This document shows, piece after piece, positions 38,041 to 47,424 of a DNA stretch of 64,000 nt. Both the position numbers and the translations under genes were made by a program. Source of the DNA: Syntrophales bacterium. GTDB lineage: Bacteria > Desulfobacterota > Syntrophia > Syntrophales > UBA6807. Location of the stretch: assembly GCA_040767195.1 (NCBI GenBank), contig JAXGPA010000001.1:224001-288000 (forward strand), read 5' to 3'. Position 1 is the stretch's first letter. The number at the start of each line of letters is the position of its first letter. Under the pieces are notes generated by a model. The model saw nothing but the letters and a program-made list of their open reading frames with translations. It was not told where the DNA came from and made no database searches.

Positions 38041-38214
38041 CGATGAACTCGTAAAAGTAACCACGACGACGACTTCGTTAAAAAGTTCGAGATCAAGGAT
38101 TGCGAATCCCGAGGAATGAACAATCAAAGGGGACAGATTTAAATCTGTCCGCCGATTGTTCGTGACGAGAGGATGAAGCGTAACGCAGAGATCGGACTTT
38201 TTCCGAAGTCGTCA
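38041..38214. mobile_element. MITE-like palindromic repeat, copy 2 (174 bp)
   Basis: Same ends (GATGAACTCGTAAAA ... GGACTTTTTCCGAAGTCGTCA) and internal CGAATCCCGAGGAATGA as copy 1; AATT direct repeat at 38037-38040 and 38215-38218. Confidence 0.75.
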
Positions 38215-39627
38215 AATTTTTCCCTCCCCGCGAATGTACCGAAGAGCCTCCTCGATTCGTTTCATCACGCGGTCCTTCCCCAGGGTCACCATGACCTCGT
38301 CGAGACCGGGGCTCACCGTCTTTCCCGTGAGGGCCACCCGAAGGGGCTGGGCGATGACTTTCAGTTTCACCTGAAGGTCGTCGGCCGTTTTCCGAAGAAG
38401 GGTTTCGATACCCGCCTTCGTGTAATTGCTTGAGGCCGAAATCGTCCGGGCGACGGCTTCCAGAGGCTCGGCGACGTCGTCCTTGAGAAACTTCCCCGCC
38501 GCGTCGCTGTCGTAGGACAGGGGGTCCTGGAAGTAGAAGGTGCCGCTTTCGGCGAGGTCGACCAGGGTTTTCGACCGGGGTTTCAGGTCGCCCACGACCT
38601 GCTTCAGGTATTCCCCGTCCGTCGTTTCCACGCCGGTCCTTCGAAAGAAAGGGGCCGCTTCTTCCGCGATCCGCCCCGAATCGGCTTCCCGGAGATAGTG
38701 CTGGTTGAGCCAGAGCAGTTTTTCCGGGTTGAAGACGGCGGCTGACTTGCCCACGGAATCGAGGGTGAAGAAACGGATCATCTCCTCCAGGGAAAATATC
38801 TCCTGGTCCCCGTATGACCACCCGAGGCGGACCAGGTAGTTCACCAGGGCCTCGGGAAGATACCCCATCTCGCAATAAGCCATGACGGACGTCGCCCCGT
38901 GGCGCTTGCTGAGCCGTGTCCTGTCCGAACCGAGGATCATGGGCACGTGGGCGAACCGGGGGACGGCATATCCCAGGGCCTCGTAGATCACGATCTGCCG
39001 CGGTGTGTTGTTCAGGTGATCGTCCCCCCGGATGACGTGGGTGATCCCCATTTCGGCGTCGTCCACCACGACGGCGAAATTGTAGGTGGGGTAACGGTCT
39101 CCCCGCTGGATGATGAGGTCATCGAGTTCCTCGTTGTCAAAGCGGACCGTTCCCTTGATGAGATCGTCCACCACGGTGACCCCCAGGGGGGGCGTCCTGA
39201 AGCGGACGACGGCACCCTCCGTCTCCTTCAGTCCCTTCTCCCGGCATGTCCCGTCGTACTTGGGCTTTCGTCCCTCGGCAAGGGCCTTTTTCCTCTTTTC
39301 CTCCAGGAGATCCTGGGAACAAGTGCAGTAGTACGCCTTTCCTTCCTTGAGAAGATCCTGGACTTTCTGTCTGTGCAGATCCACCCGTTCCGCCTGGTAA
39401 TAGGGTCCTTCGTCCCAGTCGAGCCCCAGCCAGGTCATGGCGTCCAGGATGGCCCGGGTGGAGGCCTCGGTGGACCGCTGCTGGTCCGTGTCCTCGATCC
39501 GGAGAACGAATCGGCCGCCCGTGTGCCTCGCATAGAGCCAGTTGAAAAGGGCGGTTCTCGCGCCGCCGATATGAAGATACCCTGTGGGAGACGGGGCGAA
39601 TCTTGTCTTCACCGTCTTTTCATTCAT
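38212..39627 (-). CDS. gltX: glutamate--tRNA ligase
   Basis: RFAPSPTGYLHIGGAR, LRIEDTD, HVIRGDDH, RLSKRHG. Confidence 0.98.
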   Translation of the reverse strand: MNEKTVKTRFAPSPTGYLHIGGARTALFNWLYARHTGGRFVLRIEDTDQQRSTEASTRAILDAMTWLGLDWDEGPYYQAERVDLHRQKVQDLLKEGKAYYCTCSQDLLEEKRKKALAEGRKPKYDGTCREKGLKETEGAVVRFRTPPLGVTVVDDLIKGTVRFDNEELDDLIIQRGDRYPTYNFAVVVDDAEMGITHVIRGDDHLNNTPRQIVIYEALGYAVPRFAHVPMILGSDRTRLSKRHGATSVMAYCEMGYLPEALVNYLVRLGWSYGDQEIFSLEEMIRFFTLDSVGKSAAVFNPEKLLWLNQHYLREADSGRIAEEAAPFFRRTGVETTDGEYLKQVVGDLKPRSKTLVDLAESGTFYFQDPLSYDSDAAGKFLKDDVAEPLEAVARTISASSNYTKAGIETLLRKTADDLQVKLKVIAQPLRVALTGKTVSPGLDEVMVTLGKDRVMKRIEEALRYIRGEGKI

Positions 39628-39843
39628 CGTCTGTTTCCACGGCCTCCTTGTCTTGACGTTTAAAACCGCTATATACTTCTTTTACGGAAATTTTAAAATA
39701 GAGGGGCCATCGAAATGGGGAAAATTTACCGACGGCGGTCTTCTTGATGTTCCTTGAAAGGTAAAGCGATAAATTCTTCTTGACAATTTCACGGATTTGT
39801 AATTAGTTTTCCCACTTTGTAATTTTTCAGCAGGGGTCTCCCG

Positions 39844-40383
39844 GTGAAGATCCAGGTTTTGAACATACCCCCGGAGGGAATCCGCCTGACCTTCGAGAAA
39901 ACGGCGGACTGGTTCTCGGAAAAAATGAAGGACGCCGGACCGGGGGATTTTTCCGTTCATGGGATCCTGGCCCGGTTCACCGTGACGAAAAGAGGCCGGG
40001 TCGTCTTTGTCGAGGGCCGGCTGGAAGCTGGGATCGAACTCCCCTGCAGCCGGTGCATGAAACCTCTCACGAGAGACCTTGACGCCGATTTCCGCTATAC
40101 CTACCTGCCGGCCGACAAAATGCCCCGGGAGGCGGAAACGGAAATCGCGGAAGAGGACGTGGGGGTGGCTTATTACGAGGACACCGTCGATCTCGGCGAG
40201 ATCGTGCTGGAACAGATCGTCCTGGGAATCCCCATGAAGCCCCTGTGCGCAGAGACCTGCAAAGGGCTCTGCCCCTATTGCGGAAACGATTTAAATGTGG
40301 CAGATTGCGGCCATGAACAGAAGGCCATGGCGAGCCCTTTTTCCGTTCTGAAGGACTATGCCGTTAAAAAAAACAAGAGGTAA
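39844..40383 (+). CDS. DUF177/YceD family protein
   Basis: CSRC, PMKPLCAETCKGLCPYCG; directly upstream of rpmF. Confidence 0.92.
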   Translation: MKIQVLNIPPEGIRLTFEKTADWFSEKMKDAGPGDFSVHGILARFTVTKRGRVVFVEGRLEAGIELPCSRCMKPLTRDLDADFRYTYLPADKMPREAETEIAEEDVGVAYYEDTVDLGEIVLEQIVLGIPMKPLCAETCKGLCPYCGNDLNVADCGHEQKAMASPFSVLKDYAVKKNKR

Positions 40384-40388
40384 GACCC

Positions 40389-40574
40389 ATGCCGAATCCG
40401 GTAAAAAGACACTCCAAATCGAGAAGAAACATGCGGCGGTCCCACGATTCCCTCACACCGCCCGCGACATCCATATGCCCTCAGTGTAACGAGCCGAAAA
40501 TGCCTCACCGGGCCTGTCCGAACTGCGGGACTTACAAAGGCAGGGAAGTCATCGAAACGAAGAAGTCTTCCTGA
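40389..40574 (+). CDS. rpmF: 50S ribosomal protein L32
   Basis: PNPVKRHSKSRRNMRRSH, CPQC, PHRACPNCGTYKG. Confidence 0.97.
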   Translation: MPNPVKRHSKSRRNMRRSHDSLTPPATSICPQCNEPKMPHRACPNCGTYKGREVIETKKSS

Positions 40575-40593
40575 AACGGATACTGACTGATTC

Positions 40594-41541
40594 ATGGACG
40601 GGACCGGCGTCGTTTTCCCCGGCCAGGGTTCCCAGTATCCGGGAATGGGTCGTGACTTCTTCCTTCATTTCAGGGAAGGCCGCGACACCTTTGAAGAAGC
40701 CGGCGACACCCTGGGATGCGACATGGCCTCCCTGTGCCTGGAAGGCCCCAAGGAAAAGCTTGACCTCACGGTTAATACGCAAACGACGATTCTTACCGTC
40801 GACATCGCCGCATACCGGGTCTTTCGCAGCCGGACGGGTATTACCCCGGAGGTTTTCGCCGGACACAGCCTGGGCGAATACAGCGCCCTGTGCGCCGCCG
40901 GGGCGATTCGATTCTCCGACGCCCTGCGGCTCGTTCAAATCCGCGGAAGGCTCCAGCAGGAAGCGCTTTCCCCCGGCGCCGGCGCCATGGCGGCCGTCAT
41001 GGGCCTCTCACGGGAAGAAACGGAAACGGCCTGCCGCACCCTGTTATGGGAAACTGAAGAGGTTTTGGAAGTGACGGGCTACAACGCACCAGGCCAGTAC
41101 GTCGTTTCCGGCCACGCGGGGGCGGTGGAGGGCATGATCGGGAAACTGAAGCAGCGTAGAGGCACCGTGGCGATCCGCCTCCCCATCAGCGTGCCCTGCC
41201 ATTCCAGCCTTCTACGGGAAGCCGCGGAGCGCTTCCGGGAAACCCTGCTGGGCGTGCCCATTGATTCTTGCCGTATTCCCGTCATTCCCAATTGCGACCC
41301 TCACAGGCTGCACGATCGCGACAGCACGGTCGAACTTCTGGTCCGGCAGATCCACTCACCGGTGCGGTGGCAGGAGACCATCGAAAGAATGGCGGCCATG
41401 GGGGTCCGTGCCGTCGTCGAGGCGGGCCCGAAAAAAGTTCTTTCCGGGCTTGTCAGACGGATCGACGGAAATCTCCGGATCATGAACGTGGAAGACCGGG
41501 CGAGCCTCGAAAAAACGGCGGCCCTCCTGGGAAGGGCCTAG
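40594..41541 (+). CDS. fabD: malonyl-CoA:ACP transacylase
   Basis: FPGQGSQ, AGHSLGEYSAL, SVPCHS, PVRW. Confidence 0.96.
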   Translation: MDGTGVVFPGQGSQYPGMGRDFFLHFREGRDTFEEAGDTLGCDMASLCLEGPKEKLDLTVNTQTTILTVDIAAYRVFRSRTGITPEVFAGHSLGEYSALCAAGAIRFSDALRLVQIRGRLQQEALSPGAGAMAAVMGLSREETETACRTLLWETEEVLEVTGYNAPGQYVVSGHAGAVEGMIGKLKQRRGTVAIRLPISVPCHSSLLREAAERFRETLLGVPIDSCRIPVIPNCDPHRLHDRDSTVELLVRQIHSPVRWQETIERMAAMGVRAVVEAGPKKVLSGLVRRIDGNLRIMNVEDRASLEKTAALLGRA

Positions 41542-41547
41542 GCGGTC

Positions 41548-42291
41548 ATGGAAGGGAAAAGGACAAACGCGCTGGTCACGGGGGGGTCCCGGGGAATCGG
41601 CCGGGCCGTCGCCCGGGAACTGGCCCGGCGAGGCCACTTTGTCTGGATAAACTACCTCAAAAACGAAGCGGCGGCGATGGAGACACTCCGGGTCCTCCGG
41701 GAAGAAGGCGGAGACGGGGCCCTGGCGCCCTTCGACGTGGCCGATTACAACCTGACCCAGGCAGCCGTCGGAAAACTGATCGAGGCCCGGGGCTCCGTCG
41801 GTATTCTCGTCAACAACGCCGGCCGCTCCCGGGACGGGCTGATCGCGCGGGCCGGTGAAGCGGACTGGGAAGAAACGATAGGCCCCAACCTGAAGGGCGT
41901 TTTCAACTGCTGCCGGGCCGTTGTCCGGGACATGATGAAAAACCGATGGGGCCGGATTGTGAACATGACGTCCGTCGTGGCTGAATCGGGAAATCCCGGG
42001 CAATCCCTCTACGGCGCCTCCAAGGCGGGCGTGGTCGGTTTCACCCGGTCCCTGGCCCGGGAACTGGGCCCGAGAAATATCACGGTGAATGCCGTCAGTC
42101 CCGGCTTCATCGCCACGGAGATGACGGCGTCCCTCCCTCGTGCCGCCGTGGAAAAAATTATCGACATGCTTCCCCTGGGAAGGCCCGGGACGCCGGAAGA
42201 CGTGGCGGCGGCCGTCGCCTTTCTCACCACCGGGGAGGCCGGTTACATCACCGGGCAGGTGATCCACGTCAACGGCGGGCTTTACATGTAG
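41548..42291 (+). CDS. fabG: 3-oxoacyl-ACP reductase
   Basis: TGGSRGIG, NNAG, YGASK, VNGGLYM. Confidence 0.95.
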   Translation: MEGKRTNALVTGGSRGIGRAVARELARRGHFVWINYLKNEAAAMETLRVLREEGGDGALAPFDVADYNLTQAAVGKLIEARGSVGILVNNAGRSRDGLIARAGEADWEETIGPNLKGVFNCCRAVVRDMMKNRWGRIVNMTSVVAESGNPGQSLYGASKAGVVGFTRSLARELGPRNITVNAVSPGFIATEMTASLPRAAVEKIIDMLPLGRPGTPEDVAAAVAFLTTGEAGYITGQVIHVNGGLYM

Positions 42292-42336
42292 AAAGCCCCG
42301 CGGCAAAAGACTGGATAACATAACAGGAGGCATTTC

Positions 42337-42573
42337 ATGACCGTTGAAGAACAGGTAAGAAAACTCATCGTGGAGCAACTCAATGTCACGGAGGAGGAGT
42401 GTGTACTCGAAGCCTCCTTCGTCGACGACCTCGGCGCCGATTCCCTGGATCTCGTGGAACTTGTCATGGCCATGGAAGACCACTTCGGCATCGAAATTTC
42501 CGACGAGGAACTCATGAAGATCCGGACCATCCAGGACGCCGTGGACTACATCAGGAAGCGTCTCTCCCAGTAA
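42337..42573 (+). CDS. acpP: acyl carrier protein
   Basis: [15 protein letters not shown]. Confidence 0.98.
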   Translation: MTVEEQVRKLIVEQLNVTEEECVLEASFVDDLGADSLDLVELVMAMEDHFGIEISDEELMKIRTIQDAVDYIRKRLSQ

Positions 42574-42578
42574 GATCG

Positions 42579-43826
42579 ATGAACCGGAGCCGTAAAAGAG
42601 TCGTCGTCACCGGGATGGGCACCGTCAACCCCCTGGGAAATTCCGTACGGGATGCCTGGGAGGCCGCCTGCTCGGGCCGGTCGGGCATCGGACCCATCAC
42701 CCGCTTCGACCCGTCGGAATTTCGCACCCGGATCGCCGGAGAAATAAAAAATTTCGATCCTTCAGCCCTCTTCGGCGCCAAGGCGGTCAGGAGAACAGAC
42801 CCGTTTGTTCTCTACGCCCTGGCTTCCGCGGAAATGGCCTTCCTCGACGCCGGTTTCAAGGAAGGGGAAACCCTGGGCGACCGGGCGGGCGTCGTCATCG
42901 GCTCCGGCATCGGGGGGCTTTCGACAACGGAGAAAGAGAAGGAGACCCTGATGAAGCAGGGCCCCCGGAAGATCTCGCCCTTCACGATCCCCGCCGTCCT
43001 GCCCAACCTGGCCGCCGGCCAGGTCTCCATCCGGTACGGCGCCCGGGGACCGATCAGCTGCACCGTTACCGCCTGTGCCTCGGGAAGCAACGCCGTGGCG
43101 GACGCTTTCCAGGCCATCGCGGGGGGACGGGCGGACCTCATGATCACCGGGGGCGTGGAAGCCGCCGTGTGCCCCATGACCGTGGCGGGTTTCAACGCCA
43201 TGAGGGCTCTTTCCACGAAAAACGAAACGCCCGAAAAGGCCAGCCGGCCCTTTGACCGGGACAGGGACGGCTTCATCATTTCCGAAGGGGCGGGCATTCT
43301 CATCCTGGAGGAGCTTTCCCACGCCCTGAACCGGGGGGCGAAGATTTTCGCCGAGGTGGCGGGATACGCCGTGACGAGCGACGCTTTTCATGTGGCCGCC
43401 CCCCCGCCGGGGCACCCGGGGGCGGTGCGGGCCATGGAACTCGCCCTGAAGGATGCCGGTCTCAAGCCATCCGACATCGATTACATCAACGCCCACGGCA
43501 CCTCGACCCCGCTGAACGACCTTTTCGAGGTGGAGGCGATTCTGCAGGTCTTCGGAGACCGGGATGACCTTTCCGTGAGTTCCACCAAGTCCATGACGGG
43601 GCATCTCCTCGGCGCGGCGGGAGGCCTGGAATCGATTTTCACCGTTCTCGCCCTGGCCGAGGGAATCCTGCCGCCCACCGTCAACCTGGACAACCCGGAA
43701 AAGAAATGCCGCCTGGACTTCGTCCCCCATGTCTCCCGGAAAAGAAAAGTCCGGGCCGCCCTGTCCAACAGTTTCGGGTTCGGCGGCGTCAACGCCGTCC
43801 TCGCTTTCCGCAAATACGAGGAGTAG
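42579..43826 (+). CDS. fabF: 3-oxoacyl-ACP synthase II
   Basis: RVVVTGMG, TACASG, NAHGTST, KSMTGHLLGAAG, SNSFGFGG. Confidence 0.97.
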   Translation: MNRSRKRVVVTGMGTVNPLGNSVRDAWEAACSGRSGIGPITRFDPSEFRTRIAGEIKNFDPSALFGAKAVRRTDPFVLYALASAEMAFLDAGFKEGETLGDRAGVVIGSGIGGLSTTEKEKETLMKQGPRKISPFTIPAVLPNLAAGQVSIRYGARGPISCTVTACASGSNAVADAFQAIAGGRADLMITGGVEAAVCPMTVAGFNAMRALSTKNETPEKASRPFDRDRDGFIISEGAGILILEELSHALNRGAKIFAEVAGYAVTSDAFHVAAPPPGHPGAVRAMELALKDAGLKPSDIDYINAHGTSTPLNDLFEVEAILQVFGDRDDLSVSSTKSMTGHLLGAAGGLESIFTVLALAEGILPPTVNLDNPEKKCRLDFVPHVSRKRKVRAALSNSFGFGGVNAVLAFRKYEE

Positions 43827-43834
43827 AGCCTGCC

Positions 43835-44275
43835 ATGCGTATCATGATCGCTTCTGACCACGCGGGATTTCCCCTGAAGCGGGACATCGCCGCCTTCCTG
43901 GCCAGGAAGGGACACCAGGTCCTCGACGCCGGTACGGACGGCGAAACGTCGGTGGATTACCCCGATTACGCCGAGCCTGTGGCCCGTTCCGTTGCCTCGG
44001 GCGCCCAGGACCGGGGTATCCTCATCTGCGGTTCCGGCATCGGAATGGCCATCACGGCGAACAAGGTCCCGGGAATCCGGGCCGTCGTGGCCCTGAATGT
44101 CGAAACGGCCCGACTGAGCCGGGCCCACAACGACACGAATGTCCTCGCCCTGGCGGGCCGGATGACGGGCGTCGAAGAGGCCCGGCAAATCGTCGAGACG
44201 TGGCTGGAAACGGCTTTCGAAGGAGGCCGTCACAACCAAAGGCTTGACAAAATTCGAAAAATGGAAAGAAAATGA
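43835..44275 (+). CDS. rpiB: ribose 5-phosphate isomerase B
   Basis: ASDHAG, DYPD, CGSGIG, HNDTN, FEGGRH. Confidence 0.96.
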   Translation: MRIMIASDHAGFPLKRDIAAFLARKGHQVLDAGTDGETSVDYPDYAEPVARSVASGAQDRGILICGSGIGMAITANKVPGIRAVVALNVETARLSRAHNDTNVLALAGRMTGVEEARQIVETWLETAFEGGRHNQRLDKIRKMERK

Positions 44276-44413
44276 AATGTTGTGCCCTTTCAAGGGCGGA
44301 GGTAAGCCGACTTTTTTCAAACCCCATTCAAGAAATCGATTTTCAAAGCGGTCATCGAGCGGCGTCGCCGCGCCCGTCCGACCCGAGGGAATCCGCACAG
44401 AGGAGGAAATGAC

Positions 44414-45688
44414 ATGTCGCATCTTTGGAAAACCGATCCTGAAATCGCCCGGGCCATTCTTCTGGAGGCGAAACGGCAGGCCGGCAAACTCGAAATGATC
44501 GCTTCGGAAAACTTTGTCAGCGAAGCCGTCCTGGAAGCCCAGGGCTCCATCATGACGAACAAGTACGCCGAAGGATACCCGGACAAGCGGTACTACGGGG
44601 GGTGCGAATTCGTGGACATCGCCGAGACGCTGGCCCGGGAACGGGCCGTAAAGCTCTTCGGCTGCGACCATGTGAACGTCCAGCCCCATTCGGGGACCCA
44701 GGCCAACATGGCCGTCTACTTCGCCGCCCTCCAGCCGGGAGACACCATACTGGGCATGAACCTGTCCCACGGGGGGCACCTTTCCCACGGAAGCCCGGCC
44801 AATTTTTCCGGCCGCCTTTACAAGGTCGTATCCTACGGCGTGGACCGGAAAACGGAGCGCATCGACTTCGATGAAGTAGCGTCGCAGGCCCGGGAACACA
44901 AGCCCAAGATGATCGTCGTCGGGGCCAGCGCCTACCCGAGAACCATCGATTTCCAGGCCTTTCGGGACATCGCCGACCGGACGGGGGCGATCATCATGGC
45001 CGACATCGCCCACATCGCCGGGCTGGTGGCCACGGGAATCCACCCCACGCCCGTTCCCGTCTGTGAATTCGTCACCACGACGACCCACAAGACCCTGCGC
45101 GGCCCCCGGGGCGGGATGATCATGTGCAAGGAAGCCTTTGCCAAGACCCTGGACAGCCGGGTTTTCCCGGGGAGCCAGGGGGGTCCCCTCATGCACGTCA
45201 TCGCCGCCAAGGCGGTAGCCTTTCAGGAGGCTCTCGGCCCCGATTTCCGGACATACCAGGAGCAGATCGTCCTGAACGCCCGGGCCCTGGCGGGGGAACT
45301 GACACGCCACGGGTTCCGCCTCGTATCGGGGGGAACGGACAACCACCTCATGCTGGTGGACCTGACGGAAAAAGGCATCACCGGCAAGGATGCCCAGGAG
45401 GCGCTGGACCGGGCGGGCATTACCGTGAACAAGAACGGGATTCCCTTCGACACCCGGGGCCCCCAGGTCACGAGCGGCGTCCGGATCGGCACACCGGCCC
45501 TGACATCGCGGGGCATGAAGGAAAAGGAAATGGCGATCATCGGCCAATGGATCGCCGACGTGGTTCACCACATCGAAAACGAGAAGAAAATCGAAGAGAT
45601 CAGGAACGACGTGGCGGCGCTGTGCGAGCGGTTCCCTCTTTACGGGGACCTGATCGCCGACCAGGAAAGCTTTTCCCGGAAATTCTGA
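44414..45688 (+). CDS. glyA: serine hydroxymethyltransferase
   Basis: [34 protein letters not shown]. Confidence 0.99.
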   Translation: MSHLWKTDPEIARAILLEAKRQAGKLEMIASENFVSEAVLEAQGSIMTNKYAEGYPDKRYYGGCEFVDIAETLARERAVKLFGCDHVNVQPHSGTQANMAVYFAALQPGDTILGMNLSHGGHLSHGSPANFSGRLYKVVSYGVDRKTERIDFDEVASQAREHKPKMIVVGASAYPRTIDFQAFRDIADRTGAIIMADIAHIAGLVATGIHPTPVPVCEFVTTTTHKTLRGPRGGMIMCKEAFAKTLDSRVFPGSQGGPLMHVIAAKAVAFQEALGPDFRTYQEQIVLNARALAGELTRHGFRLVSGGTDNHLMLVDLTEKGITGKDAQEALDRAGITVNKNGIPFDTRGPQVTSGVRIGTPALTSRGMKEKEMAIIGQWIADVVHHIENEKKIEEIRNDVAALCERFPLYGDLIADQESFSRKF

Positions 45689-45787
45689 AAACAAGGCGTT
45701 GCCCGGCGTCCTGTCCCGTCCCTTCGGGGCCGGCGGAAAAACCGAAAAAGACCGGTGATCCCGAACGCTGTCCACCTGATCGAAAGG

Positions 45788-46264
45788 ATGTGTGTCTTGG
45801 AAAGAAACACGCCCCTTCCCTCCGCCGAGAGACCGAGCTGGGAACAGTATTTCATGGACATCGTGGAAATCGTTTCCCGGCGTTCCACCTGCCTTCGAAG
45901 AAAGGTGGGGGCCATCCTCGTCCGGGACAAGCGCATCCTGGCCACGGGATACAACGGGGCGCCGACGGGACTCCGACACTGCCTCGAGAGGGGGTGTCTG
46001 AGGGACGAGCTGCAGATCCCATCGGGAGAACGGCACGAGCTTTGCCGGGGGCTTCACGCGGAGCAGAACGCCATCATACAGGCGGCCCTCCACGGGGTGA
46101 GCGTCAGGGGAGCGGTCCTTTACTGTACCAACCACCCCTGCATCATCTGCTCGAAGATGATCGTCAACTCGGGAATCACGGGCATTGTTTTCCGGGAGGG
46201 ATACAGCGACCGTCTTTCCGAGGAAATTTTGAGAGAAGCGGCGATTCCGGTGCGGAAATTATGA
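45788..46264 (+). CDS. dCMP deaminase (ComEB-like)
   Basis: [36 protein letters not shown]; start uncertain (45755-45797). Confidence 0.9.
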   Translation: MCVLERNTPLPSAERPSWEQYFMDIVEIVSRRSTCLRRKVGAILVRDKRILATGYNGAPTGLRHCLERGCLRDELQIPSGERHELCRGLHAEQNAIIQAALHGVSVRGAVLYCTNHPCIICSKMIVNSGITGIVFREGYSDRLSEEILREAAIPVRKL

Positions 46265-46731
46265 AATGCCCTTTCTGCGGCAACGGGGAAAACAAGGTCA
46301 TCGATTCCCGGATCAGCAAGGAAGGAAACGCCATCCGGAGGCGGCGGGAGTGCCTGTCCTGCGGAAAACGCTTCACCACTTATGAATACGTGGAGGAAGT
46401 CCTCCCCGTGGTGGTGAAAAAGGACGGCCGGCGGGAACCCTTCGAGCGGGAGAAGATCCGTTCAGGCATCAAGAAGGCCTGCGAGAAAAGGGCCATCAGC
46501 ATGGACAGGATCGACGGGGTGGTGGACCGGGTCGAGCAGGCCTGCCAGGAATCCCAGCAGAAGGAAATCTCCTCCGCCGAAATCGGTGAAAAGGTCATGG
46601 AAGAACTTCATCGCCTCGACGGGGTGGCCTACGTCCGTTTCGCTTCCGTTTACCGCCGGTTCAAGGACGCCGGCGATTTTCTCGATGAGCTGACGGCCTT
46701 CATCAGGAGCCAGGGAGAAGGGGAAAAATAA
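46261..46731 (+). CDS. nrdR: transcriptional regulator NrdR
   Basis: [34 protein letters not shown]. Confidence 0.97.
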   Translation: MKCPFCGNGENKVIDSRISKEGNAIRRRRECLSCGKRFTTYEYVEEVLPVVVKKDGRREPFEREKIRSGIKKACEKRAISMDRIDGVVDRVEQACQESQQKEISSAEIGEKVMEELHRLDGVAYVRFASVYRRFKDAGDFLDELTAFIRSQGEGEK

Positions 46732-47369
46732 TGTTTACGGGAATCATCGAGGCCCTTGGAACCGTGAAGGGGCTGAAAAGACAGGGTCTCGACGGGATCC
46801 TGGAAATCGAGACGGCCATGGGGCTGGATGATGTGGCCCTGGGGGACAGCATCGCCGTTTCCGGCGTCTGCCTCACCGTCACCGGGAAGAACGTCCGGGG
46901 GTTCAGGGCCGACGTGTCCGGGGAAACCCTCTCGAGAACGACCCTGGACGACATGGCCGCCGGCAACCTGGTGAACCTGGAAAAGGCGCTCCGCCTCAAT
47001 TCGTTCCTGGGGGGGCATTTCGTCCTCGGTCACGTGGACGGGACGGCCCGGATCCGGGAAAAAACAGCCCGCTCCAACTCCATCCTTTTCGGCTTCGAAA
47101 CGGCGCCGGGTCTTTCCAGGTACATCGTGGAAAAAGGCTCCATCACGGTGGACGGCATCAGCCTCACCGTAAACAGGTGTGAAAAAACCCTTTTTTATGT
47201 TAATATCGTCCCCCACACGGCGGAGAGAACCACCCTCCGATACCGGAAAATCGGGGACCGGGTCAACATCGAGACGGATATCCTGGGAAAGTACATCGAA
47301 AAATTCCTCCAGCCGGGAACGGGTCTCGACGAGGACTTTCTGAAGAAGCACGGATTCATGGGATCATGA
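46731..47369 (+). CDS. ribE: riboflavin synthase alpha chain
   Basis: MFTGII, GDSIAVSGVCLT, GGHFVLGHVD, VNIETD. Confidence 0.97.
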   Translation: MFTGIIEALGTVKGLKRQGLDGILEIETAMGLDDVALGDSIAVSGVCLTVTGKNVRGFRADVSGETLSRTTLDDMAAGNLVNLEKALRLNSFLGGHFVLGHVDGTARIREKTARSNSILFGFETAPGLSRYIVEKGSITVDGISLTVNRCEKTLFYVNIVPHTAERTTLRYRKIGDRVNIETDILGKYIEKFLQPGTGLDEDFLKKHGFMGS

Positions 47370-47424
47370 CCTTTCAGGGGAATGGCGACGGCCGCCCCGA
47401 ATAAAATAAAAAGAGGAAGAAAAC

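Noticed and set aside
44276..44413. ZTP or THF riboswitch before glyA
   Set aside because: Core conserved motifs not found
45788..46264. Deaminase as a replacement for the missing RibD
   Set aside because: Motifs (RSTC, HAEQNA, PCxxC) fit the ordinary ComEB/dCMP deaminase often found between glyA and nrdR
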